From the IMG/VR virus record IMGVR_UViG_3300027816_000055: a stretch of DNA of 64,000 nt; one strand, 5' to 3'. Under the pieces are notes generated by a model that worked only from the letters and a program-made list of their open reading frames with translations, had not been told where the DNA came from and did not search any database. This document shows positions 45,683-58,300 of this stretch, piece by piece. This DNA is from a virus. A program made the position numbers and the translations under genes. The stretch's first letter is position 1; each line of letters starts with the position of its first letter.

Positions 45683-48103
45683 ATGCCATATCCAAATACA
45701 ACAGCTTCAGTCATTGTAATTTCACAAACAAGTGCAAGTTCTGTCGGCGGCCAATTTCCATTTATTGAAAGACAGATTAGCGGTAGCAATCTATTTTTGG
45801 TAACAGATGCAAACGGCTTTTTAACCGGAAGTACAAGCATTCCCGGTGGAAGTTTTACCTCTTTAACAGTAACTGGCGCACTAACAGCAAGTATAATTAG
45901 TGCAAGTACAGCACTTACGAGTGCAGCCGCAACATTTACTGGTCCTGTAACAATGAGTTCAATGCTTAGTGCAAGCGGGGGCATTACAGCAAGTGGTATT
46001 CAAAATACAGGAACACTTACTGTTGTTGGTACGAGTACATTAGGTACAACAAATGTAACTGGATTGTTAAGTGCAAGTGGAAATATTACCGCAAGTAATA
46101 TTTTTGACGCCGGTACACTGGTCGTATTGGGTAATACCATTCTTACAACGGTAACAGCAAGTAACATTAGTGCGAGTGGAAACATTAGTGCAAGTTTGTT
46201 TGTTGGCGCTCACACAGGAAGTACATTTGGTACTGCAAGTTGGGCAACCAATGCTACAACAGCTACAACTGCAAATGCGTTAAATACAGCTAATAATTAT
46301 ACCATTTCAGGATTGACTGTTAATGGTAACGTTAGTGCAAGTGGTACATTTACCGCAAGTAATTTTCACGTAGTTAATAATGTTGGATTTGCATCAAGTG
46401 TAACCGTTGGTGGTTCGCTATCAGTTAGTGGAAGTACCGTATTTGGAAATGACGTAACTGATACTACAACTATTAACGGTAATTTAATTAACAGTGGCAG
46501 CTTTTTCACAAGCGGTTCAATTACTGCAAGTAACATTAGTGCGAGCGGAAATATTAGTGCAAGTAACGGTTGGTTTAATAATTTGACAGTTGCAGGAACG
46601 TTAAATGCCACAGTAAGTGGTAGTATTACCAATGCAAGTAGTGCTAGTATTGCTGCAAATAATAGTACTGCAACACTACAATATATTACATTTGTTGACG
46701 GAACTGGAAATCGTCCATTGTATGTTGATCAAGATAGCTTAACATGGCAGCCAAGTACCAACACGCTGAGTAGTAGTGGTAATTTTGTTGGAGTAAATTA
46801 TACAGGTTCAAGAATTACTATATCAGGTGGTACTGGTAACAGCACTGCTGTTGGTACACAAGGTATTCTTTCATCAAATGGTATTGGTGTCAGTGGCAAT
46901 AGTTATTTCAATGGAGATGTTGGTATTGGTACGTCGTTAACTGTTGGTGGCATAATCTCTGGAAGCAATGCATTATGGTTAGCCGGTAATGCAACATTAG
47001 CTGGAAATAGTGCTACTGTTACTCATACTGGTACTGGTAATTTATCAATCCTTTCTAGTAATGGAAGTGTAGTGATTGAAGGTTCTACTTTTACTGGAAA
47101 TGATGTAACTATACCGGGTGATCTTGCTGTAAATGGTGGCGATATCACAACAACAGCGGCCACATTTAATTTGATAACAGGCAGTGCTACAACAGTTAAT
47201 TTCGCTCACAATGCATCGGCTCTTACGATTGGTGCAACGGGTAGTAGCACTATATTTAATGGCGATATTGCTGTCAACGGTGGAGATATTTCAACCACAG
47301 CATCTACATTTAATTTCTTAACAGGTAATTCTGCAACAACAACAGTAAATATGTTGTGGAACGATGCTACGCCCACACTTAGAATTAGATCTACAAAAGA
47401 TGCCACTGCGCCGGGTACTGCCGCTGTTGTTGTTGATGGTGGTGTTTCTATTGCAAAAAATCTTATTGTTAGTGGTAGTACTACAATGTATGGTGATTTA
47501 ACATTGATTGGTACTGGATCGATTGTTAATATTAGTAGCAGTACTGTTATTATTGGTGATAATCGTATTGCATTAAATGCATGGAGTGTTGGAAGTCCAC
47601 AACGTTATGGTGGTATTGACGTTTTTGATAGTGGTAGCACTGCGTCGGTTACAAGTTCTTTGTTGTGGGATAGTTTAAATAACTATTGGTTGTTACAAAC
47701 AAACAATACAGGTTCTCCTGTAACTGCAAGCAGTGCAGTTATTCTACAAGGTCCAACAAGTAGTTTTGGTAGTGAATTTTTATTGACAGTAAACAACTTC
47801 TTGAAAGTTCAAACAACAACGGGTAACATGATTACTTCAAGTTTGAGTGAAGTTGGTAACACCTTACAATATGCGGGTACAATTAGTGCGAGTGTTGTAA
47901 CTGGAAGTCAAGTTTTTGGATTAACTGGATCATTTATTAATCTGGCATTACTAACTGGTAGTTCGCCGGGAGTAGGCACTCAAGTTCCTGCAAGTCCAAA
48001 TGCTGCGGGATTGCCGGGACAAATTGAAGTTGACAACAACTTTATTTACGTTTATACGAATAATATTTGGAAACGTGTTCCTGTTAGTGTTTGGTCATTA
48101 TAA
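45683..48103 (+). CDS. Ser/Thr/Gly-rich tail fibre / adhesin 1 (806 aa)
   Basis: Repeated ISASGNI(S/T)AS and GSTFGTASWA modules; very few charged residues. Confidence 0.7.
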   Translation: MPYPNTTASVIVISQTSASSVGGQFPFIERQISGSNLFLVTDANGFLTGSTSIPGGSFTSLTVTGALTASIISASTALTSAAATFTGPVTMSSMLSASGGITASGIQNTGTLTVVGTSTLGTTNVTGLLSASGNITASNIFDAGTLVVLGNTILTTVTASNISASGNISASLFVGAHTGSTFGTASWATNATTATTANALNTANNYTISGLTVNGNVSASGTFTASNFHVVNNVGFASSVTVGGSLSVSGSTVFGNDVTDTTTINGNLINSGSFFTSGSITASNISASGNISASNGWFNNLTVAGTLNATVSGSITNASSASIAANNSTATLQYITFVDGTGNRPLYVDQDSLTWQPSTNTLSSSGNFVGVNYTGSRITISGGTGNSTAVGTQGILSSNGIGVSGNSYFNGDVGIGTSLTVGGIISGSNALWLAGNATLAGNSATVTHTGTGNLSILSSNGSVVIEGSTFTGNDVTIPGDLAVNGGDITTTAATFNLITGSATTVNFAHNASALTIGATGSSTIFNGDIAVNGGDISTTASTFNFLTGNSATTTVNMLWNDATPTLRIRSTKDATAPGTAAVVVDGGVSIAKNLIVSGSTTMYGDLTLIGTGSIVNISSSTVIIGDNRIALNAWSVGSPQRYGGIDVFDSGSTASVTSSLLWDSLNNYWLLQTNNTGSPVTASSAVILQGPTSSFGSEFLLTVNNFLKVQTTTGNMITSSLSEVGNTLQYAGTISASVVTGSQVFGLTGSFINLALLTGSSPGVGTQVPASPNAAGLPGQIEVDNNFIYVYTNNIWKRVPVSVWSL

Positions 48104-48119
48104 TGTTTTGTGAATTAAC

Positions 48120-48153
48120 AAACCCCGATATGTTTCATACATATCGGGTTTTT
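48120..48153 (+). terminator. intrinsic terminator
   Basis: cccgatatgt-TTCAT-acatatcggg plus T run. Confidence 0.8.
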
Positions 48154-48206
48154 ATATTTATACAAATGTTATTTTTTATATATTTATAATCATATCTATT
48201 TAAAGT

Positions 48207-51200
48207 ATGCCTATTGGATCGACAGTTGTCTATAATGCAGGTGATCTTATTTTATCAACAGTAAGCTCATCGGGTAATACATTTCAAGAAAATAAAATTG
48301 CTGCGGCAACAAGTAGTATTATTTTATTTAATTCCAATGGTCTTATCAGTTCTCAATCATTAAATTCAACAACTGTTGGGACTGCTAGTTTTTTAAACGC
48401 CACAAATGCAGTTGTAACCAATTTAACAGCAAGTAACATTGATAATACTTATTTATTTAATGATTATACAATTGAAAAATATGGATTTACTGATGTTGCT
48501 AAAGGTCGAACACCAACTATAACAGCAGGTTCTTTATTCTCAGGAGGACCAACATATAGAAATATTACTTCCTATTGGACGATTCCGACATCCTCAATTA
48601 CATCTCCGTTTCCAACGATGAGTATTGATTTTGGATCATCTATATTACAATGTCAATACGTTACATTTGGTACATGGTATAAAGTTGATACGTCACAAAT
48701 TCCTTATTCCTATCGAATTGAATATTCTACAGACAATGTTAATTGGACTTTGGCTGCGAGTTCTTCTACAAATACGGATACTGCACCGGTACATAGTTTA
48801 GGGGCCGCGCCAACAATACGTTATATTCGTTTAATTGTTTTATCTGGACAAACCAGTGCAAGCGTACCAAATGGATATAATTCTCAAGTTAGTGCGTTTA
48901 GAGTATATTCTTTTGCTGGCTCTTATACTAGCGATAATATATGGGCACAGCGCGGAGATGGCGCCGTAGCATATACAGCTTTTAATGGTAATATAGGTAT
49001 TGGAACAATTTCTCCAACCGCTACGCTTACTGTTAGTGGCAGCATTAGCGCAAGTAATTCATATACATTAACGACGGTCGGAATTGGTTCAAATTTGATA
49101 GTTGGAACTACCGGAACATTTGGTCAAGGATTAACGGTTGGCGGTAATATTAGTGCAAGCGGTAATATTAGTTCTAGTGTATTCGTAGGACCACATACCG
49201 GAAGCACGTTTGGTACTGCAAGTTGGGCGCAAAGTGCAAGTTTTGCAACAACTGCAAGTTTTGTAAATATAAGTGCATTAAATGCATTTGTTCAAGGCGG
49301 AAATAGTTTTGGTGCAACTGCTACACTTGGAACCAATGATGCAAATAGTTTGGTACTGGAAACAAACGGTACACCACAATTAACAATTAATAGTGGTGGT
49401 AAATTTGGAATGGGTACATCTCCAGTAGCGACAGTGAAATTAGCTTTAAGCGATAGTCACTTAGGTGCGCTAGGATCATCATCACTTTATCTTTCAACTA
49501 CACAAAATGCGTCTGCAATTGGAAATAATTCTAATACACAGGGTATAAGCAATGAATATTTTATAATAGGAAATACAAGTGGGTCAAATCAAATACAGGG
49601 AATTTTTAATAATACATACATAACGGCAACTGGAACTCAAACCGCAAGTGTACGTAGTTTAAGAAATAATATTAGTATTAACAGTCCTGTGACTATGAGT
49701 TCTAATAGTTCGATTGTCAATGGATTATTTTTGAATCAATTCAATATGCCAGATGGAGCATCATCTGTGAGTATTCCTGATTATAGAATTATCAATACTA
49801 ATTTGTCCGCTATTGGATCATTTGTACCATCTGGTAGTATATCAAATTTTTATGATATTTTGGCGGGGGGCATGGATTCGACTATTGGTAGTGCTTTATC
49901 AGTATCAAATGCCTACGGTGTTTTTATTTCTAGTCGTCGTCAAAGTGGAGGAAGTGTTACAAATAGTTGGGGCGTATATCAAGTAGGAACAAACGATAAT
50001 AATTATTTCGCAGGCAATGTTGGTATTGGAATTACAAATCCAACAAATGATTTGGCGATTGCTGGAACTGTCAGCGCGAGTGCAATCACAGCAAGTACCA
50101 TTAGTGCAAGTAATTTAAATGTATTAACAACTGTTGGTATTGGATCAAACTTAATAGTAGGAACAAATGCTACATTTGGGCAAGACATAACAGTTGGTAC
50201 TAACATTAGTGCGAGCGGAAATATTAGTGCTAGTACATCATGGGTTGGTCGCTCATCAGTGTTTGGATTATCTAATCCGGCGGCAAGTTTAGAGGTTATT
50301 GGTCCGGCTAATATTAGTGGAACATTTGCAGTTTTGGCATCTAGCGGTGATAATACAGCATCTGTATTTACTGTTTACGGTGATAATAATCCACGAACAC
50401 CGAGATTTACAATCAGTAGAGCTGGTAATGTCGGAATTGGTACAACTAATCCTGAAAACAGATTGGATGTTGTTGGAAATATTAGTGCAAGTGCCATTAC
50501 AGCAAGCACTATAAATTCACAAGGCAATATATTTGGTATTCGTTCAACAACACATCCATTATACTTGTATGATAATGCAACAAATATAATCATTGCAAGA
50601 ATAACTAACAATACACCGGGAGTTGGATCATCCACTGATTTTATTTTACGAAGTGGATCAACGGACGTAGTTCGGTTAAGTACTTTACAATCAAGTTATT
50701 TAAATGGTGGAAATGTTGGTATTGGAACTGCGGCTCCACTTGCAAATTTGCATGTATATACTGGATCAACTGGCCCAACAAGTACACATCAAGTTGAATT
50801 TTCAAGTGCAGGTTCTAAAAGAATATTATTTTTAACAAATGCGGGTGGCGCTTCTTATAATCCAATTGTTGCAAGTGGTGACAGTGGAATTATATTTGCA
50901 AGTGGATCGATAAGTAGTAGTCAATGTTTTTTCATTGCACCTTGGAATTCGACAGCAACTGGTATTACTATAAGTGGTAGTGGTCAAGTTGGGATTGGTA
51001 CAAGTGATCCTCGGGGAACATTGCATGTAGTTGGAAATATTACTGCAAGTAGTATTACTGCAAGCTTGCAAGGCACAAGTAGCTGGGCCACAAATAGTTT
51101 GACTGCAAGTTTTGTAAATATAAGTGCATTAAATGCATTTGTTCAAGGTGGAAATAGTTTTGGTACAACAGCGACATTGGGGACAAATGATAATAATAAT

Positions 51201-52307
51201 TTAATTTTTAGAACAAGTGGATCGTCAAGAGCAACTATTACCAATGATGGCAAATTTATCATCGGTGGAACCGGAAATGGTGATGGTGATTTGACCATTG
51301 CTGATGCAAAAACATTATCAATTGGAAACAAAACTGGATATCACAACATATATCTTCAAAAACCGCTTGTTATTGATACAAACTATCAGCGATTACATTT
51401 TGGTACTCGTTGGTATTGGGATTTTGCAAACAATATATGGACTTCTTCAATTTCACCAAATACTGATAATCCTGATTGGACAGCAATTGATACATTATCC
51501 AATTATTTTAGTTTTAAAGTTGGTAGTATTACTGGAAGTACAACATCACTTAATACATCAAGTTATAATGCAGCCGAACGTGTTCGTATAACAACCTCTG
51601 GAATACAATTATTTAATAGCGGATCAGACACAGAATTGAGAATTGTCACCAATGATGATATATCAGATCCTAAAATTACATTTTATAGTGGATCGGATGC
51701 AATGTGGGTTGCAGGGGTTGATGATAGTGATGGCAATAAATTTAAAATTAATCAAGGACTGTTGTTGGCTAGTAGTAATGTTATTACCGTTACAACAGGT
51801 AGTAACGTTGGTATTGGAACAACAGTTCCTGTAAACAGATTAGACGTTAGTGGAAATATTAGTTGTAGTACTATCACTGCAAGTTTACTTGGTACAAGTA
51901 GTTGGTCAACTAATGCAAATACTGCTAGTTATTTGACTCCAGCAAATAGTTATCAAATTACTAATCTAACTGCAAGTGGAGAAATAATTTATCGAAATGC
52001 TGTATTATTAGATTTTGGTTCTTCTACCATGCCTACAACTATTAGTGTTGTATTACAAAACGCCACTGGTAGTTATAACGCTGCATTTTTTGATTATGCA
52101 ATTTTTAGTGCAAGCAATTCTCGCGCAGGTACAATTGTAAGTACATGGAATAGCGGATCAATTGTTTATAACGAAACATGCACAACAGATATTGGTGCCA
52201 CAAGCGCAATATCGATGGCAGTTGTATTAAGTGCCGGTAATGTTCAATTAATGGCATCTGGTAGTGTAACAAATTGGAATATTAAAGCATCTGGAAGATA
52301 TATATAA
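48207..52307 (+). CDS. Ser/Thr/Gly-rich tail fibre / adhesin 2 (1366 aa)
   Basis: GNVGIGT and ISAS repeats, NAFVQGGNSFG x2; a discoidin-like segment near the N-terminus (EYSTD..NW, RYIRL). Confidence 0.75.
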   Translation: MPIGSTVVYNAGDLILSTVSSSGNTFQENKIAAATSSIILFNSNGLISSQSLNSTTVGTASFLNATNAVVTNLTASNIDNTYLFNDYTIEKYGFTDVAKGRTPTITAGSLFSGGPTYRNITSYWTIPTSSITSPFPTMSIDFGSSILQCQYVTFGTWYKVDTSQIPYSYRIEYSTDNVNWTLAASSSTNTDTAPVHSLGAAPTIRYIRLIVLSGQTSASVPNGYNSQVSAFRVYSFAGSYTSDNIWAQRGDGAVAYTAFNGNIGIGTISPTATLTVSGSISASNSYTLTTVGIGSNLIVGTTGTFGQGLTVGGNISASGNISSSVFVGPHTGSTFGTASWAQSASFATTASFVNISALNAFVQGGNSFGATATLGTNDANSLVLETNGTPQLTINSGGKFGMGTSPVATVKLALSDSHLGALGSSSLYLSTTQNASAIGNNSNTQGISNEYFIIGNTSGSNQIQGIFNNTYITATGTQTASVRSLRNNISINSPVTMSSNSSIVNGLFLNQFNMPDGASSVSIPDYRIINTNLSAIGSFVPSGSISNFYDILAGGMDSTIGSALSVSNAYGVFISSRRQSGGSVTNSWGVYQVGTNDNNYFAGNVGIGITNPTNDLAIAGTVSASAITASTISASNLNVLTTVGIGSNLIVGTNATFGQDITVGTNISASGNISASTSWVGRSSVFGLSNPAASLEVIGPANISGTFAVLASSGDNTASVFTVYGDNNPRTPRFTISRAGNVGIGTTNPENRLDVVGNISASAITASTINSQGNIFGIRSTTHPLYLYDNATNIIIARITNNTPGVGSSTDFILRSGSTDVVRLSTLQSSYLNGGNVGIGTAAPLANLHVYTGSTGPTSTHQVEFSSAGSKRILFLTNAGGASYNPIVASGDSGIIFASGSISSSQCFFIAPWNSTATGITISGSGQVGIGTSDPRGTLHVVGNITASSITASLQGTSSWATNSLTASFVNISALNAFVQGGNSFGTTATLGTNDNNNLIFRTSGSSRATITNDGKFIIGGTGNGDGDLTIADAKTLSIGNKTGYHNIYLQKPLVIDTNYQRLHFGTRWYWDFANNIWTSSISPNTDNPDWTAIDTLSNYFSFKVGSITGSTTSLNTSSYNAAERVRITTSGIQLFNSGSDTELRIVTNDDISDPKITFYSGSDAMWVAGVDDSDGNKFKINQGLLLASSNVITVTTGSNVGIGTTVPVNRLDVSGNISCSTITASLLGTSSWSTNANTASYLTPANSYQITNLTASGEIIYRNAVLLDFGSSTMPTTISVVLQNATGSYNAAFFDYAIFSASNSRAGTIVSTWNSGSIVYNETCTTDIGATSAISMAVVLSAGNVQLMASGSVTNWNIKASGRYI
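49251..51148 (+). repeat. identical 47-bp dispersed repeat inside fibre 2
   Basis: actgcaagttttgtaaatataagtgcattaaatgcatttgttcaagg at 49251-49297 and 51102-51148; a related copy near 55315 in fibre 3. Confidence 0.85.
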
Positions 52308-52365
52308 CAATAGTAACAACAATAATAACATATTGTTTTTCTGGAGAGTGAAGGAAAAATAAATT

Positions 52366-55300
52366 ATGAGTAATGAATTCGTAGTAAAAAATGGGCTTAT
52401 AAGCCAAGGTAATATCACCGGCACAGGTAGTCTGGTGGTTTCTCAAAATATAACTGCAAGCAATATCACAGCTAGTGGTATTTCAACCGCAAATGGATAT
52501 GTAGTAATTGGTGAAGATATTGCCTTTCCTCAATCAAGAGATAGTTATTATGCTGGTTATTCGGGAAATCCTGCTGCGGGTCCATCAAGTGTAATTGAAA
52601 TGATGCAAGCATTGTCAAATGCAATAGGTGTAAATGATCCATTAAGATTTAGAACGATTTCATCTCCCGAATATTACAGTGCAAGTGCTTGGCATACTGA
52701 TACAACTCCACCACCATATGGAAGATTATTTGATGGAAACGCAAACAGTACCGTTGATCTTATTACACAAGCTGAAAGTCAAAGTTTTGAAAAAACAATA
52801 AAAAGATTTGTAATTAGTTTTCCACAATATTCCCGTCCAAATTTTGTAATGCTTCAAAGTGATTTTCAAAATAATTTTTATGGATATGGTGTGCAGATTG
52901 AGAAGCAAAGTGCGAGTGTATGGTTGCCAGCAGTAAGTGGTAGCCAAAATATGGCAAATGGAAGTGCTAGAGTAATGGCATTTCAACTTGGTGATTTATT
53001 TAACGCGGATGCATTGCGGTTTACTTTTACGGCAAGTGCAGCACTGGTCATAAATGGTGGTATTAGTGGATCTCTTCGATTAAATTCAATACGAAGTTTT
53101 GGAAATCAAAATTATAGTTCAACGATTCCAGTTTATACAAATAGTGGATCTCAATTAATTTCTAATAATAACGTTGGTATCGGTAGTGTAGCACCTAGAA
53201 ATCGTTTGGATGTGGCTGGTAACATTAGCGCAAGTGCAATTACAGCGTCAGCTATAAGCGCAAGTAATTTAAATGTATTAACGTCGGTTGGTATTGGATC
53301 AAATTTGATCGTTGGAACCAATGCAACAATTGGTACTAGTTTAACTGTTGGTACTAATATCAGTGCAAGTGGAAATATTAGTGCTAGTGTATTTGTTGGC
53401 CCTCATACTGGCAGTACCTTTGGTACTGCAAGCTGGGCACAAAGTGCAAGTAATGCAGTTAGTTCACAAACTGCGTCATTTCTTCCAGTTGGAACATACA
53501 ACATAACAAGTAGCTTGGCAACAAATAGTATTAGTTCATCCTATTTTAGTGGGAGCGTATTGAGTGCAAGTAACGCATTTGTTAGTGGTACGCTATCAGT
53601 AAATGGACAAATTGTTGCAACAGCATTTAGTTCTAGTACAATTTATATTACCGCAAGCTCATTGATCGTTGGAGATAATATTATTACTTTAAATGCCGCA
53701 ACACCAGCACTCCGTTATGCTGGTATCGAAGCATACGACAGTGGAAGCTCAACATTAACTAGTTTATTATGGGATAGTCAAAATAACTATTTTTTTGTTA
53801 GCAGTAGTCAGGCAAATGCAAGTCGTCAGATCATACTTGGTCCAACTGGCGAAACTGCGTTGTCTGAAAATTACATTCCATTAATTAGTGGAAGTAACAA
53901 TATTAGCTCAAGTGTAATTTATCAAAATTCCGGTAACATTGCTATAGGTACAACTGTGCCAACTGGATCGTTAACTGTTGAGAATTCTACGTCTACAATT
54001 CCTATTTTATCATTGGGTGGAGGTGAAGCTTTACTTGATGTTGCGGATTTATATGTTTTAAATTCATTCAATACCTCTAGCGGTGTTGGATTTGGTGCTA
54101 AAGTTATTGGTATAAATATATCTTCATCATTAGATGCAAGCAATATACCAATACAAAGAACAGTTTGGAGTGGCGTAAATTCAGCAACTGCAATTGTACT
54201 ATCCGCAGACGATCCGGGTGGTGGGCCGCAAGATAATGCATTTCAAATCTGGACATCCAATGGTGGATCAGCAGGTACAGCATTAACTCAAAAATTCTCA
54301 CTAACCGCAGAAGGTAATGCTGGTATTGGAACAACATCTCCTGTCAATAGACTAGATGTTGCCGGAAATATTAGTGCCAGTGCTATTACTGCAAGTAATT
54401 TTTTGGGTACATCAAGCTGGGCAACTAATACCGTCAGTGCAAGTTATTTGATTCCGACTAACAATTATCAAATTGCTACTCTGACAGCAAGTAATATTAG
54501 TGCTAGTGGAACTGGATTGTTTAATAGCGTTGGCATTGGAACAACAAATCCTCGGGGAGGTGGGCTGCACGTAAATACAGTTAATGGATCTGCTGCAAAT
54601 GAATACTCCGCGTTGGTTATTTCGGCAAATGTAAGTTCTTCAAGAGGAATAAACATTGCATATGATGCAACAAATGACGTTGGTATTATAACTGCGCTTC
54701 ATGCTGGAACAGGATGGAAAAACATAACGTTGCAACCAGTTAGCGGTCAGGTTGGTATCGGTGTTGTCGCTCCGGTAAACAAACTAGATGTTGGTGGTAA
54801 TATTAGTTGCAGTATTATTACTGCATCGTTATTTAGTGGAAGTCATAGCGGCAGTACCTTTGGTACTGCAAGCTGGGCACAAAGTTCAAGTAATGCAGTT
54901 AGTTCAAGTATTGCTACAACCGCTGTCAGTGCAAATGCGCTAAACACAGCTAATAGTTACACGATTGTAAATTTAACTGCAAGTAATATTAGTGCAAGCG
55001 GTAATGTGACTGCGAGTAATTTGTATGCACTTACAACAGTTGGCATTGGATCAAATTTAATAGTAGGTACTAACATAACAGTGGGTGGCAGCACCGAACT
55101 CGGAAATGCACTTACTGATACAGTGACTATCTCAGGCAGTGTAATTCAAACAGGAAGTTTTACGACAGCAGGTTCAATCACCGTTGGTGCCAATATTAGT
55201 GCAAGTGGAAACATAAGCGCAAGTGTATTCAGCGGTCCACATACTGGTAGTACTTTTGGTACTGCAAGTTGGGCAACAAATAGTTTAACAGCAAGTAGTA

Positions 55301-58300
55301 TTGCTTCTACAAGCAATGCATTTGTTCAAGGTGGAAATAGTTTTGGTACAACTGCCGCACTCGGAACCAATGATGCAAATAATTTAGCATTTGAAACAAA
55401 TGGAACCACTAGAATGACAATTGGAAGTGGTGGTCAAATTGGTATTGATAGAGGTGTAAGTGGACTTTATAAAGTAGGAATTGCTGATACTCAACTTTCA
55501 TCAAATAGCTCTTCATCTCTTTATATTATTACCACACATCCACAAACAAGTGGTTCGGCCACAAGCAATAACACTTCAACTATTCAAACAATATATTCGG
55601 TAACAGAATATACCGGTAGTAATGATCTACAAAATCAATGTATTTTCAATCAATTACAAATGAATGGCACTGGTAGTGCAAGTGGTAGTTATCGAGCACT
55701 GCGTAATGGTTTATTGCTTGGAAACTCTGTCGCGTTGGCTACAAATAGTAGTTTTGTTAATACAAATTGTACAAACCAAGTCAGTCCAAATATTGCATCA
55801 TTCAGTGTTCCGACTTGGGTTGCGGGAACAAATACATCTATCGATTTGATCATTGGCAATTCAACAGGTAGTATTACAAATGTGTACCATCATTTAATTA
55901 ATTCTCCATTTTCAATTGGTCTAGGTGGTATAACTGTTACAAATGCAGTTGGTGTATACATTTCAAAACAAAGAACCACAGGTATTGTCACAAACGGTTA
56001 TGGTATTTATCAAGTTGATACTGGTGATTTAAATATATTCGCTGGTAGAACCCGTATTGGCAGCACAACAGCACCAGTTAATGCGTTGGATGTTTCAGGT
56101 AATATTAGTGCCAGCGTTATTACTGCTTCTTTGTTTACCGGAAGTGTAAGTGGAAGTTTGTTTGGTACTGCAAGTTGGGCACAAAGTGCAAGTAATGCAG
56201 TTAGTTCACAAACTGCATCATTTCTGACAATTACTAATAATTATCAAGTTAACAATTTCACTGCAAGTAATATAAATGTTACAAGTACTGGTAGTTTTGG
56301 TTATGTTGGTATAGGCACAACCAATCCCGGTACTGTATTGGATGTTGTTAATCCTCTAACTTCTTTAACAAATCAACCAGCAATTAGCGGAAGATTTTCA
56401 TCCAATGTGGATGGTCGTAATTTAATACGTGTTGTTAATACTAACCCTAATGCAGTTGCGGCAGCAACAAATGCCGGTATTTCATTTGTTGCGTATTCAA
56501 ACACCAGTGTACAACCATTTACTTCATCACATGAAGCGCAAATATTATTAGGTGCTACAAGTGCCGGTGGCGATTTAAAAATTATTGCACCAATAGGAAT
56601 GTCTTTTAATGTTAGTGCGTCTAACGTTGTAATGACAGGTAGTAGTTATGCTAACTATGGCAACACTGCTATGACAATTGCGGCTACTGGTAATGTTGGT
56701 ATAAGTTCAACTGCACCAGTAAACAAACTTGATGTCGGTGGAAACATTAGTGCTAGTGTAATTACTGCTTCTTTATTTAGTGGAAGTGTCAGTGGAAGTG
56801 TATTCGGCACATCAAGTTGGGCAACCAATGCTACAACGGCAAATTCGTTGACTACTGGTAATAGTTATCAAATTACTAATCTAACTGCAAGTGGAAATAT
56901 TAGTGCAAGTGGGTTTATCGGACAGTTAACAGGAAGTGTTCTTGGCACATCAAGTTGGGCGTCAACTGCAAATGCGCTAAATTCAGTCAATACATATACT
57001 GTTTCTGGATTAAATATTAACACCGGTAATTTAACGATGGGTAGTGCCACGGAAATTTTATTATCCGATGGCGATCAAACCACACCCGGATTAGCATTTA
57101 ATGCAGACGCCAATACTGGTATTTATAGAGTAGCTAATGATACAATTGGATTTACAACAAACGGTACATTAAAATTGGATATTAATTCTAATGATATTAG
57201 TTCTAGTATACCTATCTCTGCAAGTGTATTCGTAGGACCACATACTGGAAGTACATTTGGTACATCAAGCTGGGCAACTAATACTGTTACAGCAAGTTAT
57301 TTGATACCAACCAACAATTATCAAATTGCTACGTTGACGGCAAGTAATATTAGTGCTAGTAGTATAACCGGTAGTTTTAATGGAACTATCAGTAACGCAA
57401 GCACTGCTAGTTATTTGACAATCGCAAACAGTTATCAAATTAATAATTTGACTGCAAGTGCAATAAGCGCAAGTAATTTTATGTCTGCTAGTAATGTTTG
57501 GTTTGGTAACAGCATGGTATTTGTTGAAGTGATGCCAACTGGATCAATAACATCCCCAGACATATATTTTAGTAGTAGTGCTATTACCGCATCCGATGTA
57601 ATGTTTAGAATTGAGGCAGGCGCAAGAACAGGTAGTATGGTTGCACTGCATATTATTTCTACCGGCTCATTGGGGTCGATTGCAATCAGTGCTAGTAGAG
57701 GAGATATTGTTGGAACAAACTTTACTGGTAGTATTTTTAGTGGAAGTTTTTCTGGAAATGCAACTACTGCAACTACTGCAACTACTGCGAATGCGTTAAA
57801 CACCGCTAATAGCTATAGAATTACGAATCTTACTGCAAGCAATATAAGTGCAAGTGGAACTATTAGTGGAAGTGATGGTTCGTATAACAGATTATTTTCT
57901 ACTTCTATTACTGCAAGTGCAATGAGTGCTAGTAGTTTCATGTCTGCTAGTAATGTTTGGTTTGGTAACAGCATGACATATGTTGAAGTGATGCCAACGG
58001 GTTCATTAACAGCACCAGACGTATATTTTAGCAGTAGTGCTATTACTTCATCAGATGTAATGTTTAGAATCGAAGCCGGTGCAAGAACCGGCAGTATGGT
58101 TGCATTACATATTATTTCTACTGGTTCATTGGAATCAATTGCTATTAGTGCTAGTAGTGGCAATATTGTTGGAACAAACTTTACTGGTAGTATTTTTAGT
58201 GGAACTAGTTTTTCTGGAAGTTTGTTTGGTACAAGCAGTTGGGCAGCAACTGCAAGCGCATTAAACACATTCAATAGTTATCAAGTTACCAATTTTACGG

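Noticed and set aside
57451-58220. DGR template/variable repeat pair
   Set aside because: Differences are not adenine-specific, both copies are coding and internal, and no reverse transcriptase is in the window
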